From Octopus sinensis (Eukaryota): a DNA stretch of 64,000 nucleotides. Shown here one piece after another: positions 1 to 12,788 of the stretch. Every line of letters starts with the position of its first letter. Positions within the stretch are counted from its first letter, which is position 1. Location of the stretch: the NCBI RefSeq assembly GCF_006345805.1, contig NC_043013.1, forward strand, positions 6,634,001 to 6,698,000, given 5' to 3'. Under the pieces are notes generated by a model that saw only the letters and a list, made by a program, of their open reading frames with translations, was not told the DNA's origin and made no database searches. The position numbers were made by a program, and so were the translations under genes.

Positions 1-949
1 AGGAAATCCCATATATCTTGACAAGGCACAAATAAATTATTTATTCCTTTCTTATAACTACACGATAGTATCAGGTAGCGAAGCATCCGCTTTTGTAACA
101 CAGTGTTTCCATGCAGACCTTTTCTTACATAAATATCATACAGCAACCGTTAGTCTATTGGAAAGTACGCTGCAAAGAACGTCACCTGGCCTCCATTCCA
201 AATACTTTTGTCTGACGATGTATGAGCGTGAAAGCGAATGTCGGTGTTGCTGTAGTCATCGTTGTCATTATTTTGTTGCTGTTATTTTGATTGTGGCTCT
301 AGTCCTTGCTGTTATTGTTAATTGTGTTTAGTACACAGTGATGTTCCTGCTGAGACATTTTTTTTTCATTTCCGCTGTTAGAATGTCTGTAAGTTTAACC
401 TAAATTGTTGTCGCTTGGCTTTCTTTTCCTGTCCACAAGGTATTTCGCTCTACACACTGTTATTTTTCTCGGGGGCATTTCCTCTAATACGAGAAGGTCA
501 CATTTTGCAGTTACACGATGAATGAAAACTGAAATTACGTAAAAAAAATCACGCATAAATACTTTAAGAAAAAAATCTACTTCTACGAGATATCCTGTCA
601 TTCTTTAATTCATGAAGACAAGAAAATATCCCAAATCATGAAAGGTGTTAGGAGCTACCATAAGGAACATCTGCGTAGAACGATTGAAACAGCGAAAACC
701 ACAACGATTACAAAAATGATTGTCTCTAACATTGACACAAGAGTGGAAATGATGGGGTTAGGGGATTAGTCAATTATATCAACCCCAGTGGATCAACTGG
801 TACTTTCTTGTATCGACTACAAAACGATTGAAGTCTAAAGAATTGATCGCGACAAGATTTGAGCCCAAAATGTACAGAATCGTAACTAAATGCCGCATAT
901 GCGTTTTGTCCGATGCGGTACCGATTCCGTCAATCCACAACTGAAAGGA

Positions 950-1330
<381 letters not shown>

Positions 1331-1742
1331 TTTCCAATATTGATACAAGAACAGCAATTTTGAAGGGAAGTGCGACGAGAGAAGGTCTTGCAAGAACTAA
1401 CATTTAATCATTTCCCTTAAATCGATCCCAAGAAAATATTTCTACCGCCTTAGTAATTAATAAATATTTTCATACGTGTTATGGGCAAACAGCAAATAAT
1501 AAAAATCGAGAGCTTTTCAGTTTCTCTCAGAAATATTTCCGAAATTAAAGTACAGCAAAAATTAAAGACGGAATTTTATAGATCAAATATGTTGGGTATG
1601 CTATATTTGACGAAAACCTCAAAAAACATTTGAGATAAAACCTAGGTAAAATTAGTCTTTTGAAAATGGAGTTGAGAAATTATTATATGATCTTATCGGA
1701 AATCACAATTTCAAGGAAAAGTCGTAGTCATTATATTTTGAA

Positions 1743-2078
1743 AAACGCCGCCGCCGTGGTGATCTCATTCTCGCCCACAACATCATAAGCGGAAAGTGTA
1801 ATCTCTCGAAAGAGCTGTTCTTCACTCCTGCTCCAGAGCGTCGGCTGCGGGGTCATTCCGAAAAGCTCTACCTGCGACGATTTCATCTCAATCGAAGGAG
1901 AGGAGCTTTCTCCGTCCGGGTTGCGGATCCGTGGAACAAGCTGCCAGACGAGATGGTGAAGATGCCGACGACCGCTTTGTTCAAAGCCTCCCTGGACCTC
2001 AAGTGAACACATGAACACCACCCTGTACTTAACTCCATGTCCCCCTACATGGCCTTGCTTTTTGCTTTTGAGCCAAAT

Positions 2079-2108
<30 letters not shown>
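1743..2108 (+). mobile_element. 3' fragment of a CR1-group LINE (ORF2 C-terminus, 3' UTR, (TAAC)n tail)
   Basis: 1743-2006 reads KRRRRGDLILAHNII...RLRGHSEKL...FSVRVADPWNKLP...FKASLDLK*, matching CR1 ORF2 C-terminal motifs (RRRGDLI, RGH, WNxLP); tandem TAAC tail follows. Confidence 0.85.
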
Positions 2109-2109
<1 letters not shown>

Positions 2110-2114
2110 GTAAT

Positions 2115-2265
2115 TGTTTGGTAAGAAGTCTGCTTCCCAACAACATGGTTTTAGTTTCAGTCCCTCTCCGCGGCATTTTGGGAAGGTGTCTTCCACTATA
2201 ACGTCGGGACAAACAAAGCTTTGTGAATGGATTTGGTAGACTGAAACTGAAAGAAGCCCGTTGTA
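2115..2265 (+). mobile_element. SINE family A, 5' half only
   Basis: Diverged match to the family A head (ggtaagaagtctgcttcc...ggatttggtagactgaaactgaaagaagcccg). Confidence 0.8.
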
Positions 2266-2661
2266 TGTATTATATGTATGTACATATAGAAAGGAAGAAA
2301 ATAGAAAAATTGACATACAGACGTTACTTATTCAAAGATGTTCGAATTCAAATAGAGAACTTCTATACGCTTCAATGATAAACGAATTAACTTAGTTTTC
2401 ACTGAAAACTGGTATAAACCGGAGAACTAGAATGCTTGCATCCCTTATGAGGCCATAGTTCCTTGACTGAATAAAACTATGTATATATATATATATATAT
2501 ATAGGTTTCAGTAAACTTTAGATTCAGTTGAATATGGTACTTAAGTTAATGCACCAGAATTTAGTACGGTATCATCATTATAATTCAAAATGGGGTGATT
2601 ACAATAAAAATAAGGCACAAGCTGCATTACCTCTGGATATCTTTGTTGCTTATTTTGATTG

Positions 2662-2703
<42 letters not shown>

Positions 2704-3525
2704 CCAAGAAGAAAGCAACAAGAATGGGTCGGTAGTTTAGTACAATTGTTTCATACTATAAACATTTTATTTAAAGCTGCAAATATTACAGCAAATATAA
2801 TGTCAAGTATTCTTCAGCTAAATCACATATAGGTTTCCCAAACATCTAAGAGAGTGTTAATATCCATATGAAGTTATAGGAGTGAGTTCCATGAATTTGA
2901 AGTAATATTCCAATCAGACTGTATATGTTTTCCTATAATACAAAGTTTTTAAATTAATTATTGACATCCCAGAGAAGATAAATCTACTCATAAAGATGTG
3001 GATATAAGTTCCAAGAAACATGAGGAGAGATGCCGCTCAGACTACGGTTAAGTTCGCATCTAACTGTTGCAGACCAAATTCTATAGTAGCATGAAAGACA
3101 GCGGGGTAGGTTTAGCTGGAGCAAAGGACAGCAGGAGAAAAAAATATAATGGGGATACTACGAAGAAAGGTGAGTCTATATCTGTGGTGACAGAAAATCT
3201 AGGTCAGTGTAGAAGGAATCTTAAATTGTTAAAAGAACTGTAAGTTTGACCACCCCCAGGTCTCAACAGAAAAAATCACAGAATTAATAGTGGGATTAAG
3301 AATACAGGAAGATCAAAGGAAAACACTAAAGGGGTCATAGGTTGTCGGTAGAGAGAGATAGAGTAAGAAAATTAAGGTTAACATTAGAATAGAAGGTTGT
3401 TTATTCATTGTGGTTTATATTTTAACTATTGTTTTTATATGGTAAGAAGGAATTTAGGTCAAATCCAGAGGTCAATTAAAATCAATAGCAAATGGTAGGG
3501 GAATCGTACCTATTCAAAATTTATA

Positions 3526-3592
3526 GTGAAAATCAAATGTATCACTAAGGGAATGGTATTACTATTCCCTTAGTGATACATTAGATTTTCAC
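3526..3592. other. 67-nt near-perfect hairpin
   Basis: 31-bp stem with one A.A mismatch and one G.T wobble; 5-nt loop TATTA. Confidence 0.85.
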
Positions 3593-3725
3593 CATCGGCT
3601 AACAGTGAATTGATACAATGTCTCAGATGATGCATGCAATTATAAGCATACCTATACATGTGTACATGCACATACATTCATATAAACACGCATATACACA
3701 CATATATATACGTATAACGTATAAT

Positions 3726-3763
<38 letters not shown>

Positions 3764-3767
3764 CATA

Positions 3768-3807
3768 TAGATAGACAGATAGATAGATAGATAGATAGAT
3801 AGATAGT

Positions 3808-3846
<39 letters not shown>

Positions 3847-3892
3847 TAAGATAGATAGACAGATAGATAGATAGATAGTAAGATAGATAGAC

Positions 3893-3950
<58 letters not shown>
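3768..3950. repeat. (AGAT)n microsatellite; similar arrays at 4838-4927 and 13743-13892
   Basis: Direct inspection. Confidence 0.95.
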
Positions 3951-3952
<2 letters not shown>

Positions 3953-4261
3953 TCGGATGACTATGCTACTTAAGTTGAGGCACCAACTCCTTAACTTCTT
4001 TGAGATTTTAGACATAATTATATTATATATCCATCTGTTCTGATTTAATTAAATTCTATGACTTTGTGCAGCTGAAGATTGCTCTGCATTTTAAACTTTT
4101 AAACTAATGTAATGATTGCATTGTTCAATTAAATGTAATTGCATGAAACGATCGTACAGAATTACCTCTGGATATTCTTGTTGTTTTTTTTGATACACAC
4201 ACACACACACACACACAAACACATACAACACACGCACACACACCCCACACACACACACAAA

Positions 4262-4307
<46 letters not shown>

Positions 4308-4836
4308 AAGTAAAGGTAAGATCCAAGGATACAGGTGTAGGAAGTTAGCAAGCTTCGAAGTCGGTAAAGGTATACAAGAAAAAAAAAACAAAATCTTTCA
4401 GAACAATAGTGGTTTATTGGCGTAAGAGCTCCAAACTTTTTTCCCATATCGAATTTCGGTGAGCTGAAAAAAGTTATTTTTATAGATCAAATTTCCTGCG
4501 TGTTAACTTGGGGACCATTGACAATGTAATCTTCATGTAACTAAGGTATCTTCGGCCTGATGCGAAGATATTGGAGCACTTCTCGTTGGGTAATTATTAT
4601 TTCCGAGGTTTTACTTGCTCCATTCCTAAACTTGGGAAACTAACGTCAGTATTAAGAATTCTGAATTCGGACCATTCAGGTCCTTGATAGTGTATAATTT
4701 TTGATTCATGTGTTTTAACTACAGCATTAGAGCATCTTAGCCCTTATTTCTAGCAATGTAGGTGTTTCTGAACACCCTAGTCACACACCACACCACACAC
4801 ACCTATATTTATATATATATATAGATATATATACAT

Positions 4837-4927
<91 letters not shown>

Positions 4928-5865
4928 TCCGAGTTTGTATGATTGTGTATAGAAGAATATATTAATCGATGAAATTCCAACCTGGTCTGATTTTCACGTT
5001 TTATTATTGGCAATCTTTACAATTTTACTAGTATTTTCATGCTTTACGCATGTATATAAATATAAATATATATATACATATCAACTTCAGCACTTTCGTT
5101 CTTTAACTTCCGAACTAGAAACAAAATAAACATTTCCTGAATAAAAATAAACAAGCTCTGATGGGAAAAATTCGGAAACCATATTGGAAATCAACGGCAA
5201 AATTTATTTTTGAAAAGTGCTTTGAGCTCTGTCATGAAACCGATATAGTTTCATGTTATTCCTCTATGTATAATTTGTGACATTGGTATACTATAACATA
5301 TTATTGACGGTGAAGAAGTAGTCAATTCACCGCAGCAACCGAAGCAGATGACTGTTGTATATTTTATGTACCCAAGAGAGATGGAGAATGAAGTGGAATG
5401 CAACCAGACTTGTGCGTATATGTGTATGTGTATGTATATGATGTATGTGTGACTGTTTGTGTGTTTGTGGCTGTGTACATGTAGAATGTTAAAAATTCTC
5501 TAGTCAGAGTGTGTATGTATGTATATCTGAATGTATACATGTACATATGCATTTTCTACGTATGTAATCAATTTAAAACATTTTAATCAAATTTCACAAT
5601 ATATAATATATGTATATAATTTAGAGAAAAACCACTATTAAACAATTCAATAAAGAAAGATGTTATTCACACCATAGAGAAAACATATACTATAAAAAGC
5701 TTATTCTAAAAATCAATAAAGGACAATAAATAGTAAATAGTACTACTAGAGGTTTTTTTCCTAAATTATATACATATTTTATATATATATATATACATAC
5801 ATACATACATACATACATACAATAATAAATCTCTGAACGAGATATAAACACTAACTGCACGACAA

Positions 5866-6053
5866 TTTGAGGTGTATTTGCCATCTCAACATGGCTAACC
5901 ACTAAGAGTGGGTGTTACTGTAGCTTGTAGCCCCAGGAGAACATCGTCTCAGAAAATGTGTCAATAGCCAGCTGGAGACAATGTTCTCCTGGGGCTACAG
6001 CTACAGTAACACCCACCCTTAGTGTTAGCCATGTTGAGATGGCAAATACACCT

Positions 6054-6057
<4 letters not shown>
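5866..6057. mobile_element. Fold-back MITE-like element
   Basis: About 85-bp inverted arms (tttgaggtgtatttgccatctcaacatggc... / ...gccatgttgagatggcaaatacacctcaaa) around a spacer of about 24 bp; no ORF. Confidence 0.75.
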
Positions 6058-6094
<37 letters not shown>

Positions 6095-6277
6095 TGACAT
6101 GTGACATATATATAGGCATATACGAGAGGCTACCAAAAGCCGGAATTTTTGCAATATTTCATTCACTTAGTTTTACATATTTATACATTTATCGCCTGCG
6201 AAGTATTCTCCATTTGAAGCAATGCATCGGTCCAGGCGAGATATAATATACATATATTATATATTACATATATATAT

Positions 6278-6322
<45 letters not shown>

Positions 6323-6658
6323 TATATGGAGAGAGAGAGAGAGAGAATGGGGGGGAAGAGAGATACACACACTCATAAATACTTACATGCATACATGTGT
6401 ATGTGTATACCCGATATACATTGCTAGCCGGGGAGTGAACCCCCGTCATCTTCTAGAAACAGGACCACCAGAGAGTGCGGTTTCAATGTCTTTGTGCTCA
6501 TCCTCAGTGGTGGATATCCATCCGCTTGAGATAGCTTCAGTTCACTGCAGCTCGCAATATACAGAAAATATGTGACAACAAGTCACTGATCTTGCAACAA
6601 ACAAATTAGCCAGTTGGAATATCTCTGGGAGATATGAAAGTAGTAACTCTGCTGAGAA

Positions 6659-6895
6659 GTAATGCTTGTCGCCATTTTAACATGGCTGTTCTGCAGGAAC
6701 TGACATAATTACAATTTTAACCGCAGGAGGGCGCCTCCTCCAGCTGCTTATTCGATGCAGTCGACACCCGATATATATATATATCTATATAGCAAGCAGT
6801 GGAGAGAACCCCTCCTACCTTCCAGCAAGAAGAACACCAGAACGTACGGTTCCAAGCTCTTTGTGGTCATTCTCGGTGGTGGATGCCTGTCCGCT
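6659..6895 (+). mobile_element. Unclassified bipartite repeat with central (TA)n; inverted copy at 7509-7800, diverged partial copy at 6421-6560
   Basis: gtaatgcttgtcgccattttaacatggc...cacccga(TA)n gcaagcagtggagagaacccc...ctgtccgct matches the reverse complement of 7509-7800. Confidence 0.7.
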
Positions 6896-6940
6896 AGAGA
6901 TAGCAGTAGTTTGCTCCGGTTTGAGGATATATAAAAAATA

Positions 6941-7057
6941 AAGAAGAAGAAGAAGAAGAAGAAGAAGAAGAAGAAGAAGAAGAAGAAGAAAAAGAAGAAG
7001 AAGAAGAAGAAGAAGAAGAAGAAGAAGAAGAAGAAGAAGAAGAAGAAGAAGAAGAAG

Positions 7058-7087
<30 letters not shown>
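6941..7087. repeat. (GAA)n microsatellite; (TTC)n at 50361-50535
   Basis: Direct inspection. Confidence 0.95.
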
Positions 7088-7088
<1 letters not shown>

Positions 7089-7602
7089 GTGTGGTTAGAT
7101 AAATCATATTCTATTCATGGATGATAGAAACCTTTATGGCAAAAAGGGGACGCAGCTGGCAAGTCCTGCATTTGTGGTCCGTATTTTCTCAAGTAACGTA
7201 GGAAAGAAATTCGGGATTGAAAAGAGCGCTCCATTGATATTGAAACGGGGAAAAAAAATTGAGGAAGTCAAGAAGCTGAAATGCCAAATGGGGAAACAAT
7301 GGAATCCGTTGAGAAAGAAGAATAGTATAACTATTTGGGAATACTGGATGTAGATAAAATAAAACATGAAGAGATGAAGCAAATTACCAGCAGAGAGAGT
7401 TTGCAAAGGAGAATGAGAAATATGCTGCAGTGAAAGTTGAATTCAAGACATGCTATTGAAGGAATGGGAGATCCGCACCGGTAATCAGATATGGAGTAGG
7501 AATAATGGAGCGGACAGAAGGTATCCGAGGATGAGTACAAAGAGCCTGGAACCGTACACGTTCTGGTGGTCCTGGAAGGTAAGAGGGGTTCTCTCCACTG
7601 CT

Positions 7603-7686
<84 letters not shown>

Positions 7687-7804
7687 CGGGTGTCGATTGC
7701 ATCGAATAAGCAGCTGGAGGAGGCGCCCTCCTGCGGTTTAAAGTTTGTAATTATATCAGTTCCTGAAGAACAGCCATGTTAAAATGGCGACAAACATTAC
7801 AAAA

Positions 7805-8220
7805 GGTGGCGAGCTGGCAGAAACGTTAGCACGCCGGGCGAAATGCTTAGCGGTATTTCGTCTGTCGTTACGTTCTGAGTTCAAATTCCGCCGAGGTCGA
7901 CTTTGCCTTTCATCCTTTCGGGGTCGATAAATAAAGTACCAGTTTCGCACTGGGGTCGATGTTATCGACTTAATTCCTTTGTCTGTCCTTGTTTGTCCCC
8001 TCTGTGTTTAGCCCCTTGTGGGGAGTAAAGAAATAGGTATTTCGTCTGTCGTTACGTTCTGAGTTCAAATTCCGCCAAGGTCGACTTTGCCTTTCATCCT
8101 TTCGGGGTCGAGAAATAAAGTACCAGTTTCGCACTGGGGTCGATGTTATCGACTTTATTCCTTTGTCTGTCCTTGTTTGTCCCCTCTATGTGAGCCCCTT
8201 GAGAGTAGTAAAGAAATAAG
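7805..8220 (+). mobile_element. SINE family B, tandem dimer (tRNA-like head, Meta-domain-like core)
   Basis: ggcgagctggcagaaacgttagc head, B-box-like gagttcaaattcc, core gactttgcctttcatcctttcggggtcgataaa; second unit restarts at ggtatttcgtctg. Confidence 0.85.
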
Positions 8221-8642
8221 AAGGCGACAGCTTGACAGAGCTAGAAAGCTGTTGATAATGTGTGAAGCCCACCACCCGAAAGCTGATATCAACCGGTTGT
8301 ACGAAGAAAAATGAGGGTGTGAGAGAATTAGTTGGTGTGGAAGAGTATGAGTGGATGAAATGAATCGGATTTCTTGATTACGTATTTACAGAAATCTTCC
8401 TAATGGCAGCGAATAAAGAACAGACGATCGAGACTGGAAGAGAACAGGTTAAACAGATTGGAGAGAAACTTTTGTACGGTCAGTTTTGAAAAGCCACAAA
8501 GGAAATATTTGGAACAAAATCTTGGGCATGGCTGAGAAAATGGCCAGTTGAAAAAATAAATACAGTACCTTATAGCGACACAAGATCAAACGTTAAAAAG
8601 AAACAACTTTAGAAAATACGTATATTGGGAAATGAAGTATAT

Positions 8643-8798
8643 AGGGTGGCTATGTGGTAAGTAGCTTGCTTACCAACCACATGGTTCTGGGTTCAGTCCC
8701 ACTGTGTGGAACCTTCCGCAAGTGTCTTCTGCTATAGCCTCGGGCCGACCAAAGCCTTATGAGTGGATTTGGTAGACGGAAATTGAAAGAAGCCCATC

Positions 8799-8844
<46 letters not shown>

Positions 8845-9066
8845 GTGTGTGCGTGCGTTTGTGTGTCTGTGTTTGTCCGGCCCCACCATCACTTGGCAAC
8901 CGATGTTGGTGTGTTTACGTCACCGTAACTTAGCGGTTCGACAAAAGAGACGATAGAATAAGTACTAGGCTTACAAAGAATAAGTCCTAGGGTCTTGCTC
9001 CATCCTCCATGCTCCAGCATAGCCGCAGTCAAAATGAGTGAAAGAAATAAAAGAGTAAAAGAATAA
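8643..9066 (+). mobile_element. SINE family A, near full length, central (TA)n(TG)n
   Basis: tRNA-like head gtggctatgtggtaagtagc, B box ggttcagtccc, tail aaagagtaaaagaa; inserted in the R4-like fossil. Confidence 0.85.
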
Positions 9067-10891
9067 AAGAATGGAATGTGGGATGAACAATGACACACAT
9101 TGTTGCAGAATGCTCCAAGTTGGCTCGGGGCGGATGTAAGAAATTGTGATAGGATCAAATCGTGACGATTTTACACTGGAAGCTTTGTCAGAAATGGGGG
9201 TTTGAAGCAGGAAATACTTAGTACAATAACGAGTCCTTGGGTCGGAAACATATAATAATTTATGGAACTTTCCGGTTCAAACGGATAAGAAGATAGAACA
9301 TTACAAGCCAGATCTTACAATAATAGAAAAGGAAAATCGAATTTGGTTATTGGTGGATCCATCATGTCAATTTGTTTCCACGATTTTCAAAAAAGCAGAT
9401 GAAAAGTTGAGAAAATGCAATCCGTTGTAATTTAAGATTGTGAGGTTTTGGAGGATGAAATCTGTAAAGGTTGCACCTGTGATAATTGGTACATTAGGGA
9501 CTGTGAGTGATGGCATACAGAAATGGATAAAGGGAATTGAAAAAGAGGGTCCTGTAGAACATCTGTAGAAGGTTTGCTTTTTAGGAACAGAAAAGACCAC
9601 CAGGGAAATATATAGATTTACAGGTTGTGACCTGCTACTTACATCAATTCTACTAGGAATGAGATCAATCCCCGAATCAAGTCGAATAATGAATAAGGAG
9701 TTGGGTGCCAAAAGAACCGAGAAAATATAATTATGAGGATAAACATGACTGTCGTTCTCTAAATATTCGAAGGGAGCAATAAGAAAAATATCAAGTGAGC
9801 TGGAGACGACAAGTGCCAAATCATTCGAGTCACAGTGCCCTTATCTGATATGCTTTTGTATTTGGATATCTGCAAGTAAATGCAAGCATGTATGAGTATG
9901 CATTCATGCATTTATATGTGTATGTGTCTATGTGCGTGTGTGTAATGGTGTGAATATGAGTGTGTGGGCTTAAAACAGGAATTACGCCTCCTGTGTTTAT
10001 TAATATAATCTTTAATGGGACACGAATTCCACAGGCTAGCTTAAAAGGGACATAATGACATGACAGCCTTCGTCTAACAGCGTTGTGTACAGAGGTGGAG
10101 GGCAAAACTTTCATCTGAGCTCAAACATTTTGGTTTCGTGTCGCGCCCTCCAGCGCACTTCTATATTATATATTAATGTGCGTGGGTTTGTGTGAGTGAG
10201 TGTGTGTGTGTGTGTGTGTTCTTGTTGTTGTTATTGGTGGCAATTTACTCCCCTGGCTTCATCCGCCCTTTGTCAGGTATTATTTTTCATCCCGCAGGGT
10301 GTCTAAAAGAATCTCCTCTTCCTCATCAAGTGAGCTTTGGTGGATGTTGTCGGTCTTGGCGCTGACGACCCGACAACGCCATAGGTTGTACTGGGTTACA
10401 TGTTACCAGTGTTACCAGTAGCGCTGCTAACAAGTGACCTGATATACATATATATTATATATATATATTATATATATATATATATTATATATATATATAT
10501 ATATAATATATATATGTATATATATGTATAGATATATGTATATATATATATATAAAAAATATATATATTATATATATATATATATATATTATATATATGT
10601 GTGTGTATATGTATATATATATGCATATATATATATGTATTATATATATATATGAATGTGTTTGTGTGAGAGTGTGTGTGGTATGTGTATATATGTGTAT
10701 GTATGTATGTATGATGTATGTATGTATGTATGTATGTATGTATGTATGTGAGTCAGTATGTCAATATGAATGTGTGTGTGTGTGTTTAATGAAAACAATC
10801 TGCAAATATCCGCCTATGAAAACTAGTTTACACCCTCGATTGATTTACACAACAAATTATCAGAAACAAACAAACACACACGCACACACAC

Positions 10892-10932
<41 letters not shown>

Positions 10933-11032
10933 GCACACGCACACAGGCGCACGCACATACGCAGATACACAAATTCATACATATTCACACACACTTTTAC
11001 TTACAGACAAACGCATACACATACGGTCTCTT

Positions 11033-11084
<52 letters not shown>

Positions 11085-11406
11085 CAAACAAACATATACA
11101 CTCACCCACATTACCCACATAAATATTCACACACGGAGACGCATATACACAGAAACTGACGCATACACTAACATACTGACACACACACACATTCACCCAT
11201 ACCACACACACACTCATTTCTAAAGAAACAAAATTGGTACTACTAGGACATGCCTATGTGTACCCAGGGTGCTTTAGATCAGTGATGGCGACAAAGTCCA
11301 CCTTGGTTCGTTCCAGAATTTTAGGTGACGCCTGATGAATTTTGAAAAATAAACCTTCCGGCCGTATCAGGTTATAAAAGCCTCTTTTAAAACCTGAAAC
11401 TGAAAA

Positions 11407-11679
11407 ACAGATCTCTTTTACTCTTTTACTTGCTTCAGTCATTTGACTGCGGCCATGATGGAGCACCGTCTTTTTGTCGAACAAATCGATCCCGGGACTT
11501 ATTCTTTGTAAGCCTAGTATATATTCTATCGGTATCTTTTGCCTAACCGCTAAGTTACGAGGACGTAAACACACAAACATCGGTCGTCAAGCGATGGTGG
11601 GTGGGACCAACATAGATACACAAATGATACATACACACACATATCTATATGTATATATATATAATATATATATATCTAT

Positions 11680-11724
<45 letters not shown>

Positions 11725-12349
11725 GAAAAAACAAGTCAAAAATAGAAAATGCTAAGATGATTTTATAGTGAATCTTTCAGCACCGGTTTCGGTCATTTTG
11801 AGACCTTTTCAACTGTAACGATTAAATAATTAAATTAGAAAAATTAGAAGAAAAGTTTTTTTAAAAGAATATTTCTGTAGTAGTGTTCAGATATAAGTAG
11901 CATTCTGCCTTTCTCTGACTCCCTTGTTTGCGCAAACAAGGGAGTCAGAGAAAGGCAGAATGCTACTTATATCTGAACACTACTACAGAAATATTCTTTT
12001 AAAAAAACTTTTCTTCTAATTTTTCTAAATTAATTATTTATCGTTACAGTTGAAAGGTCTCAAATGACCGAAACCGGTACTGAAAGATTCACTATAAAAT
12101 CATCTTAGCATTTTCTATTTTTGACTTGTTTTTTCATATATATCAACTCGTGTGTCCCTTTCCACCCTTATACATATATATATGTATATATACGACGGGT
12201 TTCTTTCAGTTTCTGTCTACCAAATCCACTCACAAGGCTTTGGTCGGCCTATAGCTATAGTTGAAGATACTTGCCGAAGGTGCCACGCAGTGGGGCTGAA
12301 CCCGGAACCATGTGGTTGGGAAACAAGTTTCTTACTACACAGCCACTCC
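11407..12349 (-). mobile_element. SINE family A interrupted in its central (TA)n by the 11718-12145 palindrome
   Basis: Tail half at 11407-11635 and head half at 12193-12349, same strand and correct order. Confidence 0.8.
11718..12145. mobile_element. Spacer-less ~430-bp palindrome of a Penelope-like 3' tail, with a hammerhead-like motif in each arm
   Basis: Centre ttgtttgc|gcaaacaa at 11931/11932; arms differ by a few indels and substitutions; single-arm relative at 16852-17070. Confidence 0.75.
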
Positions 12350-12788
12350 GTTGTGATTTAAATTTAGATCCTATAACTGGATCGTTATAGAAATTTTAAT
12401 TTCAACACGTTGAAAATATTGTTCGTCATTACAGCGCTTGACCTAGGACCAGCAATAAGTGACCACTGAGATGTTCTATGTATACTTCGGACATTTGTCT
12501 TTCTTTTTAGCTTTTGTCTGTTTTTTTTTTATCAAATTCCGCCTTTGGGTAGTCTTTTGCGTCATAAATTGCTTAATATTTGCTTACGTAAGCATCGACC
12601 GTGATGTATATGGGAAGAGGAATGAACTGCGTTGTTTTTATATGCAACATATGAATATGATATATATGTAAGATATAATATAGATATTTATATATTTAAA
12701 ATAAATAATATGCGAGTAAGATATTAGAAAATAGAAATACGCATACGATGTATAACATAGATACCTCTAGATGTACTTACAATATAAT

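Larger units (their letters stand above)
7102..9615 (+). pseudogene. Decayed R4/Dong-like non-LTR retrotransposon (RT, CCHC finger, REL endonuclease), split by later insertions
   Basis: NHILFMDDRNLYG (RT YxDD) at 7102; LDRARKLLIMCEAHHPKADINRLY near 8230-8300; THIVAECSKLA near 9090; QTDKKIEHYKPDL (PD motif) near 9280; VAPVIIGTLG near 9470; many stops and frameshifts. Confidence 0.8.

Noticed and set aside
3073-3169. 97-nt plus-strand stretch with CAG acceptor and AAG|GTGAGT donor
   Set aside because: Short enough to be open by chance; weak polypyrimidine tract; unrecognisable peptide
10285-10440. GC-richer island with a possible plus acceptor and a short minus frame ending ...LDEEEEILLDTLRDEK*
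   Set aside because: Conflicting strands and no consistent splice pair
11278-11400. cagtgatggcga as a hAT terminal repeat
   Set aside because: No matching second terminus or 8-bp TSD found
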